A stretch of 63,432 nucleotides of DNA, counting the filler, from Octopus bimaculoides (taxonomy: Eukaryota): NCBI RefSeq assembly GCF_001194135.2. It is 9 parts of 9 records of this genome, joined end to end, with 100 filler letters (N's around TTAATTAATTAA, not from the genome) between each part and the next. Parts side by side here need not be neighbours in the genome. Positions count along the whole stretch, not along the records: positions 26,310 to 40,478 come from NC_068993.1; positions 40,579 to 44,457 come from NC_068981.1; positions 44,558 to 53,784 come from NC_068984.1; 6 more parts are not named here. One strand, given 5' to 3'. This document shows positions 36,952 to 48,041 of the stretch, piece by piece (within the stretch, counting starts at the first letter, position 1; each line of letters opens with the position of its first letter). The translations under genes were made by a program, and so were the position numbers. The notes under the pieces were generated by a model, which had not been told where the DNA came from, did no database searches, and saw only the letters and a program-made list of their open reading frames with translations.

Positions 36952-37873
36952 AATGCATAAATGTACATATAAACTTATATATGAATCCATACATCCACAT
37001 GCACTTATATGTTAATGATGTACACAAATACATGACAGGTATACATAATACTGAAATACGCATAAAGTAAACACATACAGACAAATATATCAATATAACA
37101 AATTTAAAAAAAAAACAATAAAACCCATACGATCAATGAAGAGACAAAAGAAACAGTAAGATGATACATGTTGATTTTATTAGGTATTTCTGTTTATTTA
37201 GAAACCTACAATGAACAGGTCAGATGCTAAACTCTAAATTTCACAGGGTACAACCTTAAAGTTAACACCGCTCTGCTAAATGCAGAAAATTTCTGTCTCG
37301 CTATTGGCAAAAAATATACATTTTTTTTCAATTTTTAAACCCCTGTAACTTTTTTTCTCCACAACATCAAAGCAATGAAACTGGAAGGCTACATTATTAT
37401 AGCCGATTTTCAGATTTTTTACTGTCTTTTAAAAAATGCATATTTTGCGAATGAAAAAAAAAACTAGATCCAGTATTTGTCATAAAGAATTATAAATTCC
37501 GTAACTGGAAAGGATGAAGCAAATAGTACCTAAGGCTAGAAGCAAATAAAATGAAGTTATTGAATCAGATTATATAAAATACAGATTATATGGCATTACA
37601 ATAATCGGTTATAATTAAGGGTAGAAATCTAGTCTGTTTGGCTGCCAGCATCAATTCTGTTCGAATTGATTTCATATTCAGTGTAATGATACACTTTTAG
37701 AGGCTAATTAACGACGAGAAAGTAATTTTCGCTATAAATCAATATATAAAGAGTTATTAGCAATTAAAGTTTGAAAATTCTGGTAATTTTAGCCAACTGT
37801 AAGCCACAGACACAGTCATGTCTGTTTCGATAGTAAGAAGCGGAACATGAGAACTCTTTTGTCTGCGAGAAAG

Positions 37874-37896
37874 CACGTGCCTGTTGCCATAGTAAC
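37874..37896. promoter_or_regulatory. E-box CACGTG plus RFX X-box GTTGCCATAGTAAC
   Basis: A near-canonical X-box 3 bp after a CACGTG; a second CACGTG lies at 37943-37948. Confidence 0.35.
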
Positions 37897-39354
37897 AAGC
37901 AAAACTGAGCAGTCTTTGAAAAATCTTTTATCTTCGAGGAAGCACGTGTTGACAAATTTGACGCTTTGCTTTGTTTCTGTGTGATTATAACAGCAAGTAA
38001 CTTCGCTTCTATTATGGTAACATTGTAAACAGGAGGATATTGTGTCATACCGTCAAGAAAAGTGTGTGACATCCAAAAGAAAACTGTGTAAAAAGAGGCA
38101 TGTTATGTGTACGAAAAGACGTGGTGGGAACATGTACTTGCAATCGCATGTAACTGTGTTGTTTATCGCATTTGCATTAAATATTGAATGTTTAAATGTT
38201 AGTTTTTAAGCAAATTTAAATTGTTATGTGTTTATCGCATGTGATGTGTTATTCATCGTATTTACATTAAATGTATATTGAATGCTTAAATGTTTGTTTA
38301 CTCGTTTCTTTTTGTCATTGAACATTGAGGTGGTTATGAGATGTGCTAAAAATAACAGCTAAATAAGATTTTTTGGATAAATTTATTAAATTAACATAAA
38401 CATTTATTTACATGAAAGAAAATTCCCGGAGACATAACACGTATTTACAAATATTGACAGCAAGTGCTATTTTCAGGGTTTTGACGACAAAATGTGCAGT
38501 CACGCACAAAATGACAGCTTCCAAATACTGTTTCCTGACTGGGTGAAAATGATCAAACTTTAAACCTCTATAACCCTTTAAAAACATTTTTCTGGAAAAA
38601 ATGAAATAACTCCAGCAATTCAGTTTGGGCAAGTGTATTATTGTGCCAAATTTTAAAATTTTCGGTAAACTTTAATTTTTGAAACGCTGGCATTCAAACC
38701 GATAAGATCCAAGGGTAGACAAAAATAGCTTACGTGTGATCAATTATATGTATTAATAATAGTAAAATATACCAAGCTACCTAAATATAATTCATGAATA
38801 ATTAGTAGTAATTAAAATCTATATCGTAGGGTTATAGATGCATATCTAGTATTCGGGCATGGCTTTGTAGAATCAGTTTAAAGTATAGGAAAGTCCTACG
38901 GATTGAATGCAGGTATATGATCTGATGTTGTTTTTTCTTTATCTCATCATCTAAATATATGAAGGTGATTAAGTATTTTTATTTAAAATGGAAGAAATGG
39001 AACCTATGCAAGGGAAAGTATATAGTTTAGTTTTAATATTACATTTATATACAATATTTTAGGCCAGGCATTTATTTCCTAGTGGGTATTCCAGTTTCTT
39101 CTTTAGGTTACACAATCCAGTTAACCTCGGGATGGGAATATTGCGGATTACATAACTCATACCATTATGTAATAGTCATTCCATCAACACTTATCATAAT
39201 TCGTACTGTGGCGTGCTTCATTTTAATATGTCTTCATCCTTTGTGGATCCCCTGTAATCAAATCTACACACGCGCGCGCAGTTCGTTTGCGTGAATGTGC
39301 GTATGGGTGCATATAAATAAATATATACATGTATTTGAATATGCATATGTGTGC

Positions 39355-39390
<36 letters not shown>

Positions 39391-39529
39391 CAATATTTAT
39401 TATTCAAAATTCAACAAAGAAATATGAATAAAGGGTGGGGAAAGGGTTATAGTGGCAGGCATAGTTTATCAAGGCTTTCCACTCATTTCCATTTTCAGCC
39501 GCTAAAAGTATTTCCTTGAGTGGCATCCC

Positions 39530-40345
39530 ACAGCCTGTACGATCATACGGTGATAAGTCGTTCTAGGTCGTTTCTTCTCGCGCTTTTCACCTTACTGGAG
39601 AGATTTCATCAAAAGTACCTCAGACGTATCTAGGGAGTCAAGTGGAAATGTTTCATTCCAGATACAGAAGTTCTGCGCATAGCACGTTGTAGCTCAAATG
39701 AACAACATGTTATCTTGGTTTAAATGAGATGGGCTGGACATATTATTAGAATGAAAGATAAGCAATTGCTAAAGCGTCTTTTTTATGGTGAGCTCAACTC
39801 TGGTAAGCGACCACAACATGAGCCGAGGAAAAGTTATAAAGACTGTGTGAAAGGAAAACCTGAAGAAACTAGACATGAACAAAAGTGAGTGGGAAACTGA
39901 TGTTTTGGATCGGAACAAGTGGAGAAGTGCTGTTATGACTGATTGCAACAGATAGGAGGAAAAGATGATTCAGCCATCTGAGCTTAAAAGAGCCTGCCGG
40001 AAAGGAACAATTGGAAATGAAATCAACAGTGAACATTAGGTATGTATTATGTGTGATCGTGTTCTGTTGTCAAAAGCAGGATACGTGAAAACCGAAATGC
40101 CCAGGCAGGTAAATAATCTTGAACTCCAACCACCTCTTACGACTTGTGTCATAAAACTTGTATGACAATATCTAGACTTAAAAGACATATGCTAGTTCAC
40201 AGAAATATTCCTTCAGATTCGGATTCCAAAGGGCAAAGATATAGAAGAAACTTGAATAATATCTGTCACTTCTGTTTTAAACCCTATCAATCAGCAGCTA
40301 GTCTTAAAAGTCATCTGAAGGCTCATCAACGGAGAATTGTGTCCT
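39530..40345 (+). mobile_element. RTE-BovB-like LINE 3' end with C-terminal C2H2 zinc fingers
   Basis: LERFHQKYLRRI*GVKWKCFIPDTEVL..MRWAGHIIRMKDKQLLKRLFYGELNSGKRPQHEPRKSYKDCVK, then CIMCDRVLLSKAGYV, (Y)DLCHKTCMTISRLKRHMLVH and ICHFCFKPYQSAASLKSHLKAH. Confidence 0.85.
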
Positions 40346-41393
40346 GTGTGATAGGGTACGGTGTGTGTGTTGGTGGGACGGCTATCGTCTGTCAAAATCA
40401 TGTATGTATGTATATTATATGTGTGTGTGTGTGTGTGTGTGTAGGTGTGTAGGTGTGTAGGTGTGTAGGTGCAGGTGTNNNNNNNNNNNNNNNNNNNNNN
40501 NNNNNNNNNNNNNNNNNNNNNNTTAATTAATTAANNNNNNNNNNNNNNNNNNNNNNNNNNNNNNNNNNNNNNNNNNNNTAATTATAATAATATGACGACA
40601 AAAGAATGAATGGGACCACGATATTATGTAAAATAGAGGCATTTATCTATAAATATATGTGACAATTAGCTGGTTGTCAGGGGTGAATATGATTGTCTTA
40701 CGGTTTATATTTTTTGCGTTTGTGTTTTTATTTGTATATACGTCGATCAGCGTATGTATGTGCACTTGCGTATAGACTACGTTTTGTATATCTGCGTACA
40801 TATGTGTATGTGCATATACAGATGTGTAATGATGTGTGCGTTTTAGCGTATGTGTTTTTATTTGTACATACTTCTATCCGCGTATGTATACATATGTGTG
40901 GGTGTAGAGATATGCATATGAACCTAGTGATTCGCGCATAGGTATATATGCGTGGGTATGTGCGTGTATGCCTAGACATATAAATATATATATGTGTGTT
41001 TGTATGTATATGTACACGCGTGTGTGAGTATGTATATAGATATATATACATACATGTGTGTGTGTGCGTACGTGTATGTGTACGTAGGTGTATAAGTGTG
41101 TATATGTGTGCATATGCGGATTCTATGAATGAAGTTTTACTTTCCTCATGCCAATTGAAGTAATTTCCCTTTATTCAACGGTTTCGTTTTCATAGTGTTT
41201 TTGTTTGTCTTAATAACTGATGAGATGCCGGAGCAGACTTCAGCCGTGGCATCCGAAACTCTGAGTTTTATTATGACAACCAACTAATTGTCTCATATTA
41301 TATATATATATACATGTGTGTGTGTGTGTGTGCGTGTGTGTGTGTGTGTGTATATATGTATGTATATGTATGTATAAATATATATATAGGTAA

Positions 41394-41443
<50 letters not shown>

Positions 41444-42620
41444 TGTGATCCGTTGTGATCCGTCCTCTCAAGTAAACAATGAAAATTTGACAACTGCAAT
41501 AATCATTCCTCGTTAGAAGTCTGAATTTCCAGACAAAAACTGAGGTTTTATTTCGTAATTAATGTTTTAGATGAAAGACAAAGAATGTGTTTTTTAACGG
41601 AAAAATTAGTTAACCTAAAATTGGTTTACAAACTGCAAATATCAATGTTTTACCCCTCATTATTGGGCATGGTAAAGTTTTTTTCTTCCATGCGTTCAGT
41701 CATACTTCTGACAAAAGCTTTGCGGTAATTTCTTGCGTTCAAACATATCTCTTGTGTTCAAACATATAGTGTTTTCTCTTTTGAATCCGAAATCTATACA
41801 GCCTCTTGAAATAGTGGCATTTCATCCCATACATTAAGGTCACATGTTCCATGTCAGCCTTTCTTTAACGAATTTTGAATGGAGGTTGCAACATCCTTTT
41901 GAAACACATCATGTATATTTATAACCAATGATATATATATATAAAGTACAAATTCTTGAGTTTATAGTTGTACCTTGAAGCATTATCTAAATGGAAGTAG
42001 AAAGGTCTCCCTTGTCATAACAGATTGGTACTGTGTGACTCATGCAAATTTATAACTGGAATTTTATTTTGTCTTAAATGGATAATGTACGATAACAGGA
42101 TTATTATATGCAAATTGGTTAATTTATGAATTATCGCCAAGCCGTCGTTCAGCTTGTCTTATACCACTTTTATAATCCCTACGAAATTACTGAAGAACAA
42201 GAATGTTTTTCCTTGATACTTCTACTTTGTTTTGTTTTGTTTAATTTTACTTTTTCTTGTTAGACGTCTTGCAACAAGATTGAAATCTTTTTGTAACTGA
42301 TGTATATTTGTGAAGCATTTTCATATAAATGGGGAAGACAAATACGAAATAGCAGTCATAATATAAGTTTGAAGAATAATGGCTCGAGGTTTCCCTACTC
42401 AGATTTTCTTCAAACCGTCTTGACGTAGTCGAGGCAAAGTTTTTGTGCTCTCCGCACCGATACATACAAGTGAGTTAATATCCTCCAATATATGAACTTA
42501 TTGCTATTTAGAGCAACAATTTCAAAATTTCTTTCAGATGACAATTCCATATGGTTATAAAATATTGATTATCTTCTTGTTTATTATATATCAAATAGAA
42601 GGCGAACTTATGAAATATTA

Positions 42621-43470
42621 TTGAGGCGAGTCAAAAGCTTCAGAATACTTACATCTGTACTAGTTTGCGGCGAGTATATCACGTGACCGAAGCATTTCAA
42701 TTAGTGGGTTGTACCTGCTGAGGTTAGTAATACTGTGGTGGTTGGTGCACTGATACGTTGTTCATCACTTCACTCTGTATGTGATTCGAAAGCTGCAGAA
42801 AGGAACTTGAAAAAGAACTTGCATTTTGGGCACTTCTGCTATACGAATTCGAACTGAGCCGTAACTCCACGGAAGCAACTAAAAACATTTATTATATGGA
42901 AGGTGAAAGCGCAGTTGATCCGAGTACAGTAACCAGATGGCGAATGAAATTTCACTCGAGCTGCAATAACCTCGAGGACCATGGCAAGATCGGGAACGTA
43001 TAAAACCGTGGATTCTGCTGCCGTACTCCAAGCCACAGAGGCAAATCTGGCTAGTGGCTCTCTCAAAGAATAAGGCGAGCTCGGTGTCTCACAGATGTAT
43101 GCCATTGGGCGTCAAAAATACTTGGCATTGGTTAACAGAAAGTCATATCTTCTGCAGCAAGATTATGCAAGACCTCATATCGCTCGAACGATTCGCAATA
43201 AACTTCAGAAACTTGAGAGAATCCAACTGATGCCACACCTAGAATATAATCTAGACCTAGCTCTCTCGCATTATTACTTGTAACAGCGCTTTATCAACGA
43301 AGAGAAGATGAAAGCTCTAGTGAAGAAGGACAAGAACTGGTATCAGAGTAGGATCAGTGAACTGGCAGAAAGATGGCTTCAGAAGGTGCAACACTATGGC
43401 CTACACTTTGAATGCTGGGCTGCTTTTGGGGTAACTTGACAAGTAAAGCATATAAGTTACCAAAATATTC
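42621..43470 (+). mobile_element. Internally deleted mariner (Tc1/mariner) transposon
   Basis: N-terminal HTH region LLYEFELSRNSTEATKNI..GESAVDPSTVTRW..F..LEDHG; C-terminal QQDYARPH..PHLEYNLDLALSHYYL (QDNARPH / YSPDLAPSDY) and LAERWLQKVQHYGLHFE. WVPHEL and the first catalytic D region are missing. Confidence 0.85.
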
Positions 43471-43479
43471 TTTTCTACT

Positions 43480-43795
43480 CTAGGAACAGGGCCTGAAATT
43501 TTGGGGGAGGGGGCCAGTCGATTAGAATGACACCAGTAGGAAACTGGTACTTAATTTATCGACGCCGAAAGGTTGAAAGGCGAAGCGACCTCGGCGGAAT
43601 TTGAACTCAGAACATAAAGACACGAAATACTTATTTCATTATTGCCCACAAGGGGCTAAACATAGAGGGGACGAACAAGGACAGACAAACGGTTTAAGTC
43701 GATTACATCGACCCCAGTGCGTAACTGGTACTTAATTTATCGACGCCGAAAGGATGAAAGGCAAAGTCGACCTCGGCGGAACTTGAACTCAGAAA
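43480..43795 (-). mobile_element. Two adjacent family A SINE copies
   Basis: ggtacttaatttatcgacgccgaaagg..gacctcggcggaa.ttgaactcagaa occurs twice. Confidence 0.85.
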
Positions 43796-43799
43796 TCAG

Positions 43800-44035
43800 A
43801 ACGAAATAAACAACTACGACGATTTGAAGTTGGAAATACGAAGGTTGTGGTCAACGAAGAGAGTAGACGTGATACCACTTGCAACTGGTGCACTTCGAAG
43901 TATCAGCACTCAACTACCGACATGGCTTGGTGCAAGTGTGAAGGTAGAACGCCTACAAAAATCAGCATTGCTTAGAACTGCAATTCTTCACAGGTTCCTT
44001 GAAGCATGACCAGTAAACAAGTGTCACTTTAGCTT
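43800..44035 (+). mobile_element. R4-clade LINE extreme 3' end (5'-truncated)
   Basis: NNYDDLKLEIRRLWSTKRVDVIPLATGALRSIST..LQKSALLRTAIL..FLEA*; closely similar to 5040-5290. Confidence 0.88.
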
Positions 44036-44039
44036 ACTG

Positions 44040-44457
44040 ACTAACCCATAACCTGCTTAACAACAACGTATAAGACGCTAACATCTGTCCTAACCTAGTA
44101 CACCTATTGTTTTTTTAATAGAAAGTAGCATATTCCCTAATGAGCAAAAAGGATGTAAACGTGGATCTTATGGTTGTAAAGATCAGCTACTCATCAATAA
44201 GATGATCTTAGACGATTGTCACAAGCGACACAAAAACTTGTCAATAGCCTGGATAGACTATAAAAAGGCCTTTGATAGCCTACCACATAGCTGGATTAGG
44301 AAATGTTTGGAAATGTATAAAATAGCTCCTACTCTGCGTAACTTTTTATCTGTAAGTATGAGATCATGGAGAACCACACTGACGTTGAACAATGACAATG
44401 AATCTCTAAATGCTGGAGATGTAAGAATTTCATGTGGCATTTTCCAGGGTGACTCAC
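44040..44457 (+). mobile_element. R4-clade reverse transcriptase core fragment, cut by a gap
   Basis: PITCLTTTYKTLTS..FPNEQKGCKRGSYGCKDQLLINKMILDDCHKRHKNLSIAWIDYKKAFDSLPHSWI..CGIFQGDS. Confidence 0.92.
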
Positions 44458-45361
44458 NNNNNNNNNNNNNNNNNNNNNNNNNNNNNNNNNNNNNNNNNNN
44501 NTTAATTAATTAANNNNNNNNNNNNNNNNNNNNNNNNNNNNNNNNNNNNNNNNNNNNTGTGTGTAATGATTTTTAGCACCAACTATCAAAGCAGCGAATT
44601 GGCAGTTGTTACAGCCTTTGACAGAATGTCTTTTAGTATTCATTCTGGCTCTTCAAATACTGCCGAAAGTCAACATGCTTTTGGAGTCAATAGAGTACCG
44701 ATCAAGTACAAGGACCGCATCCTCTCCCGTTATCTTTCCCTTCTTCATTGTCTCTTTCTCTCTCTTTTCTCTCTCTCTCTCTCTTTCTCTATTTCTCAGT
44801 GTTAGTTACACTGAAGGGAGCAAGAAAGAGGCGTATACATCGTGCCCCTATCAATCCTTTCACCATCTCTCATTGGACACGTTTTAAAAGACGGAAGAGG
44901 AAACTGTGTTATTTCCTATCGAGTCGAGACTGCAATAGATATAAACTTACGCTTAAAACCATTTCACTAGGTTTTATCGTTTTTACGCTAATATTCATAC
45001 AAAAGTTGTGAATATTAAAGGATTCCATTTTGAACCCCCTTCAAAATATTTATTGTACCTAAAGCATCAATCCAATGCATCTTCTTGTAGCTGGAGGAAG
45101 AATTGTCAATGCCGATGACCTTTTGCAACCTGTACTAGACTGGAGAATTAGATGTGATTGTTGCTCAATTTGAACTTATTTAGTTTTGCTACACTGAAAG
45201 AAATATTACCATAGTAACACATAAACGCAATCATTACACATATCTACAAAATAAACTATTTGTCATCTATGAATAACATAAAATCACTTTTTAATAATTG
45301 TTATAAATAGCAGGCCATATAATATTTGATTGTCTTTCCGACACGTGTTTCTACTAAAGCT

Positions 45362-45700
45362 ATGTGAAGGCACATGGCTCAGTCGTTAGAGCGTCGGGCT
45401 CACAATCCTGAGGTTGTGAGTTCAATTCTAGGACAGGATTGTATGTAGTGTTCTTGAGCAAGACACTTTATTTCACGTTATTCCATTTCTTTCAGCTGTA
45501 GAACTGAGTTTGCGACGTCACTGGTGCCAAGTTGTATCGGCCTTTTCCTTGAATAACTTCGATATCGTGGAGAGAGGAAACTGGTATGTATGGGTGACTG
45601 TTGGTTTTCATAGACAACCTTGCCCAGACTTGTGCCTCGGAGATGAACTTTCTAGGTGCAATCCAATGGTCATTCATGACCGAAGGGGTCCTTACCCCCT
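45362..45700 (+). mobile_element. tRNA-derived SINE family D
   Basis: Head ggcacatggctcagtcgttagagcgtcgggctcacaatcctgaggttgtgagttcaattc (A and B boxes); 3' end gtcattcatgaccgaaggggtc also seen at about 10948-10975. Confidence 0.8.
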
Positions 45701-46134
45701 TTTATAAAGATAATAGATATAAAGATAATACTTCGTCAGAGCAATAAAATATTTCAGCCGAGATCAGTTAATACTTAACCAAGTTCAAGTAATATATCTA
45801 ACTTACCGTATGGCTTATATGCGGAATATAGTACTACCCTTTTCTAGACACCCACATACAAAAGGCATTTAGAGGATTATCAAAGATTCATTCATCTAAA
45901 GGAAAGAGCTACATTCATTAGTTCTTACACATGGTTTTTACAACTATTATGTCTCCTGCTCTCTTGAATAAGCTAGCTACTCATCACCGTTACCCAAACT
46001 TATTAAACGTACAAATCTGATATCTCATCATACATACTGTGACTTATCTTCGAATCTCCGTAAGAAATATTTTTCTTAGATCTTTCCTCCTTCCGCAACT
46101 GAAAACTGAGTTCTTTTAGGATTCCTACGTTTTT

Positions 46135-46480
46135 CTTGTGAGTGGATTNNNNNNNNNNNNNNNNNNNNNNNNNNNNNNNNNNNNNNNNNNNNNNNNNNNN
46201 NNNNNNNNNNNNNNNNNNNNNNNNNTACATATATATATACATATGTATATATATATATGTATGTATATATGTATATTTGTGCGTCTGTCTGTGTTTGTCC
46301 CCCACCATCGCTTGACAGCCGATGCTGGTGTGTTTACGTCCCCGAAACATAGCGGTTCGACAAAAGAAATCGATAGAATAAGTACCAAGCTTAAAAGAAT
46401 AAGTCTTGGAATCAATTTGTTTGACGAAAGCCGGTGCTCCAGCATGCCCGCATTCAAATGACTGAAACAAGGAAAAAAAT
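46135..46480 (+). mobile_element. SINE family B with a gap at its internal microsatellite
   Basis: gtgagtggatt before the gap and the complete tail after it. Confidence 0.8.
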
Positions 46481-46621
46481 AAAAGAACATGCATATATAT
46501 GTATATAAGCATATATATGTATATAAGCATATATATGTATATAAGCATATATAGACACACACACACACATATTTTCACGTATCTACGTGCACATCCATGA
46601 AGACACACACATACACGCATA

Positions 46622-46690
<69 letters not shown>

Positions 46691-47861
46691 TATTATTATT
46701 AGATTAGATCTAATGCATAGTGGCAGTGACCTGAAATTTTCACGGCTCAACAGACAGAGGAGAGTTTAGTGGAAGATAAATAATTATGATATGAAAGAAT
46801 ATGAATAACAAAACTGAAATCAACAGTTAGTCGCTGTACATTTAGCACATTTCAGACCCATTCATGCACACACGTATTTATGTAAGTGTGTACTTGTATG
46901 GATAGAGATCGACTGTAACAAATAGACAGACATACCGATGTACATATATGTTGTGCATATAATTACACATCTATAAATACATACACGTTTATCATATATA
47001 CTTCGTGCAAAGATATTCAATAACTGTATTATAAATACGTCTCATAAAATATGTATTAATATACATTGTCTATTATATGTTTGTCCACACATAATGCGTG
47101 TATTTATAAGTGTGTGTGTGTGTGTGTGTATGTATGTACGTGTGTGTTTATATATATATATATATATATATCTGTACCCAGATATGTATCTATATATACA
47201 TGTAGATGTAGGTATGTGCATACATGTACGTATATATGCATATACTCATTTATTATTTGTATCATATANNNNNNNNNNTTATTATTTGTATCATATATAT
47301 ATATATATATATACGCACACACACATATATATACACTTATACGTCATATATACATGTGTGTGTGTGTGTGTGTGACTGTGTGTGTGTGTGTGACTGTGTG
47401 TGTCTGTCTTTGCGTGCGCGTATGTGTATGCATGCTTATATGTGCTTCTCTTTTTATTCATTTATTTTTGTTTTATGTAGCGGTGACTAGAGAGTGAGAT
47501 AGAAAACAACTGTCAGAGAAAACAGCAACCATATCGTAAACTTTCTGCATCAAAATATGAAGTTGAAAGAACAGCATAATTGAAAGAAAATTATTAATCT
47601 CCAAAATGAGAAAGTGTAATTTCGTTATTAAGAAATCAGTCGATATCTTTGTTTTGTTTTAATAAATCATCGATCAGGAGCTTCATACTAATGTATACCA
47701 ATCTTATTAGAATCATGTCCTAATTATCAGTAGAAAAGCATCTTAAAAATTCCTTTCCAACTGAAAGGATACATGACAATTTCTTATTGGACTGCAGTAA
47801 TTATATTGATTCTCTGTCATTAATTTATGTCTCGTTCATTTGAAACAGTCTATGATGATGA

Positions 47862-47862
47862 A

Positions 47863-47893
<31 letters not shown>

Positions 47894-48041
47894 GTAGTAG
47901 TAGAAGAAGAAGAAGAAGAAGAAGAAGAAGAAGAAGAANNNNNNNNNNAGAAGAAGAAGAAGAAGAAGAAGAAGAAGAAGAAGAAGAAGAAGAAGAAGAA
48001 GAAGAAGAAGAAGAAGAAGAAGAAGAAGAAGAAGAAGAAGA
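47862..48041. repeat. Compound (AAT)n(AGT)n(AGA)n microsatellite
   Basis: Direct reading; directly precedes the 5' end of an R4 element. Confidence 0.95.

Noticed and set aside
38020-38150. Cys-rich stretch resembling a piggyBac C-terminal domain
   Set aside because: Cys/His spacing is not convincing, it needs several frameshifts, and no TTAA-bounded TIRs were identified.
45362-45430. tRNA-like sequences (also at 24300-24357, 25960-26033 and 55060-55135)
   Set aside because: These are SINE heads with A/B boxes that continue into SINE bodies, with no intact cloverleaf, so they are not tRNA genes.
45807-45895. Minus-strand segment with strong splice sites (ctctttcctttag| ... ACG|gtaagt)
   Set aside because: All three frames are closed and there is no other support. 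It could be a UTR or lncRNA exon but cannot be distinguished from chance.
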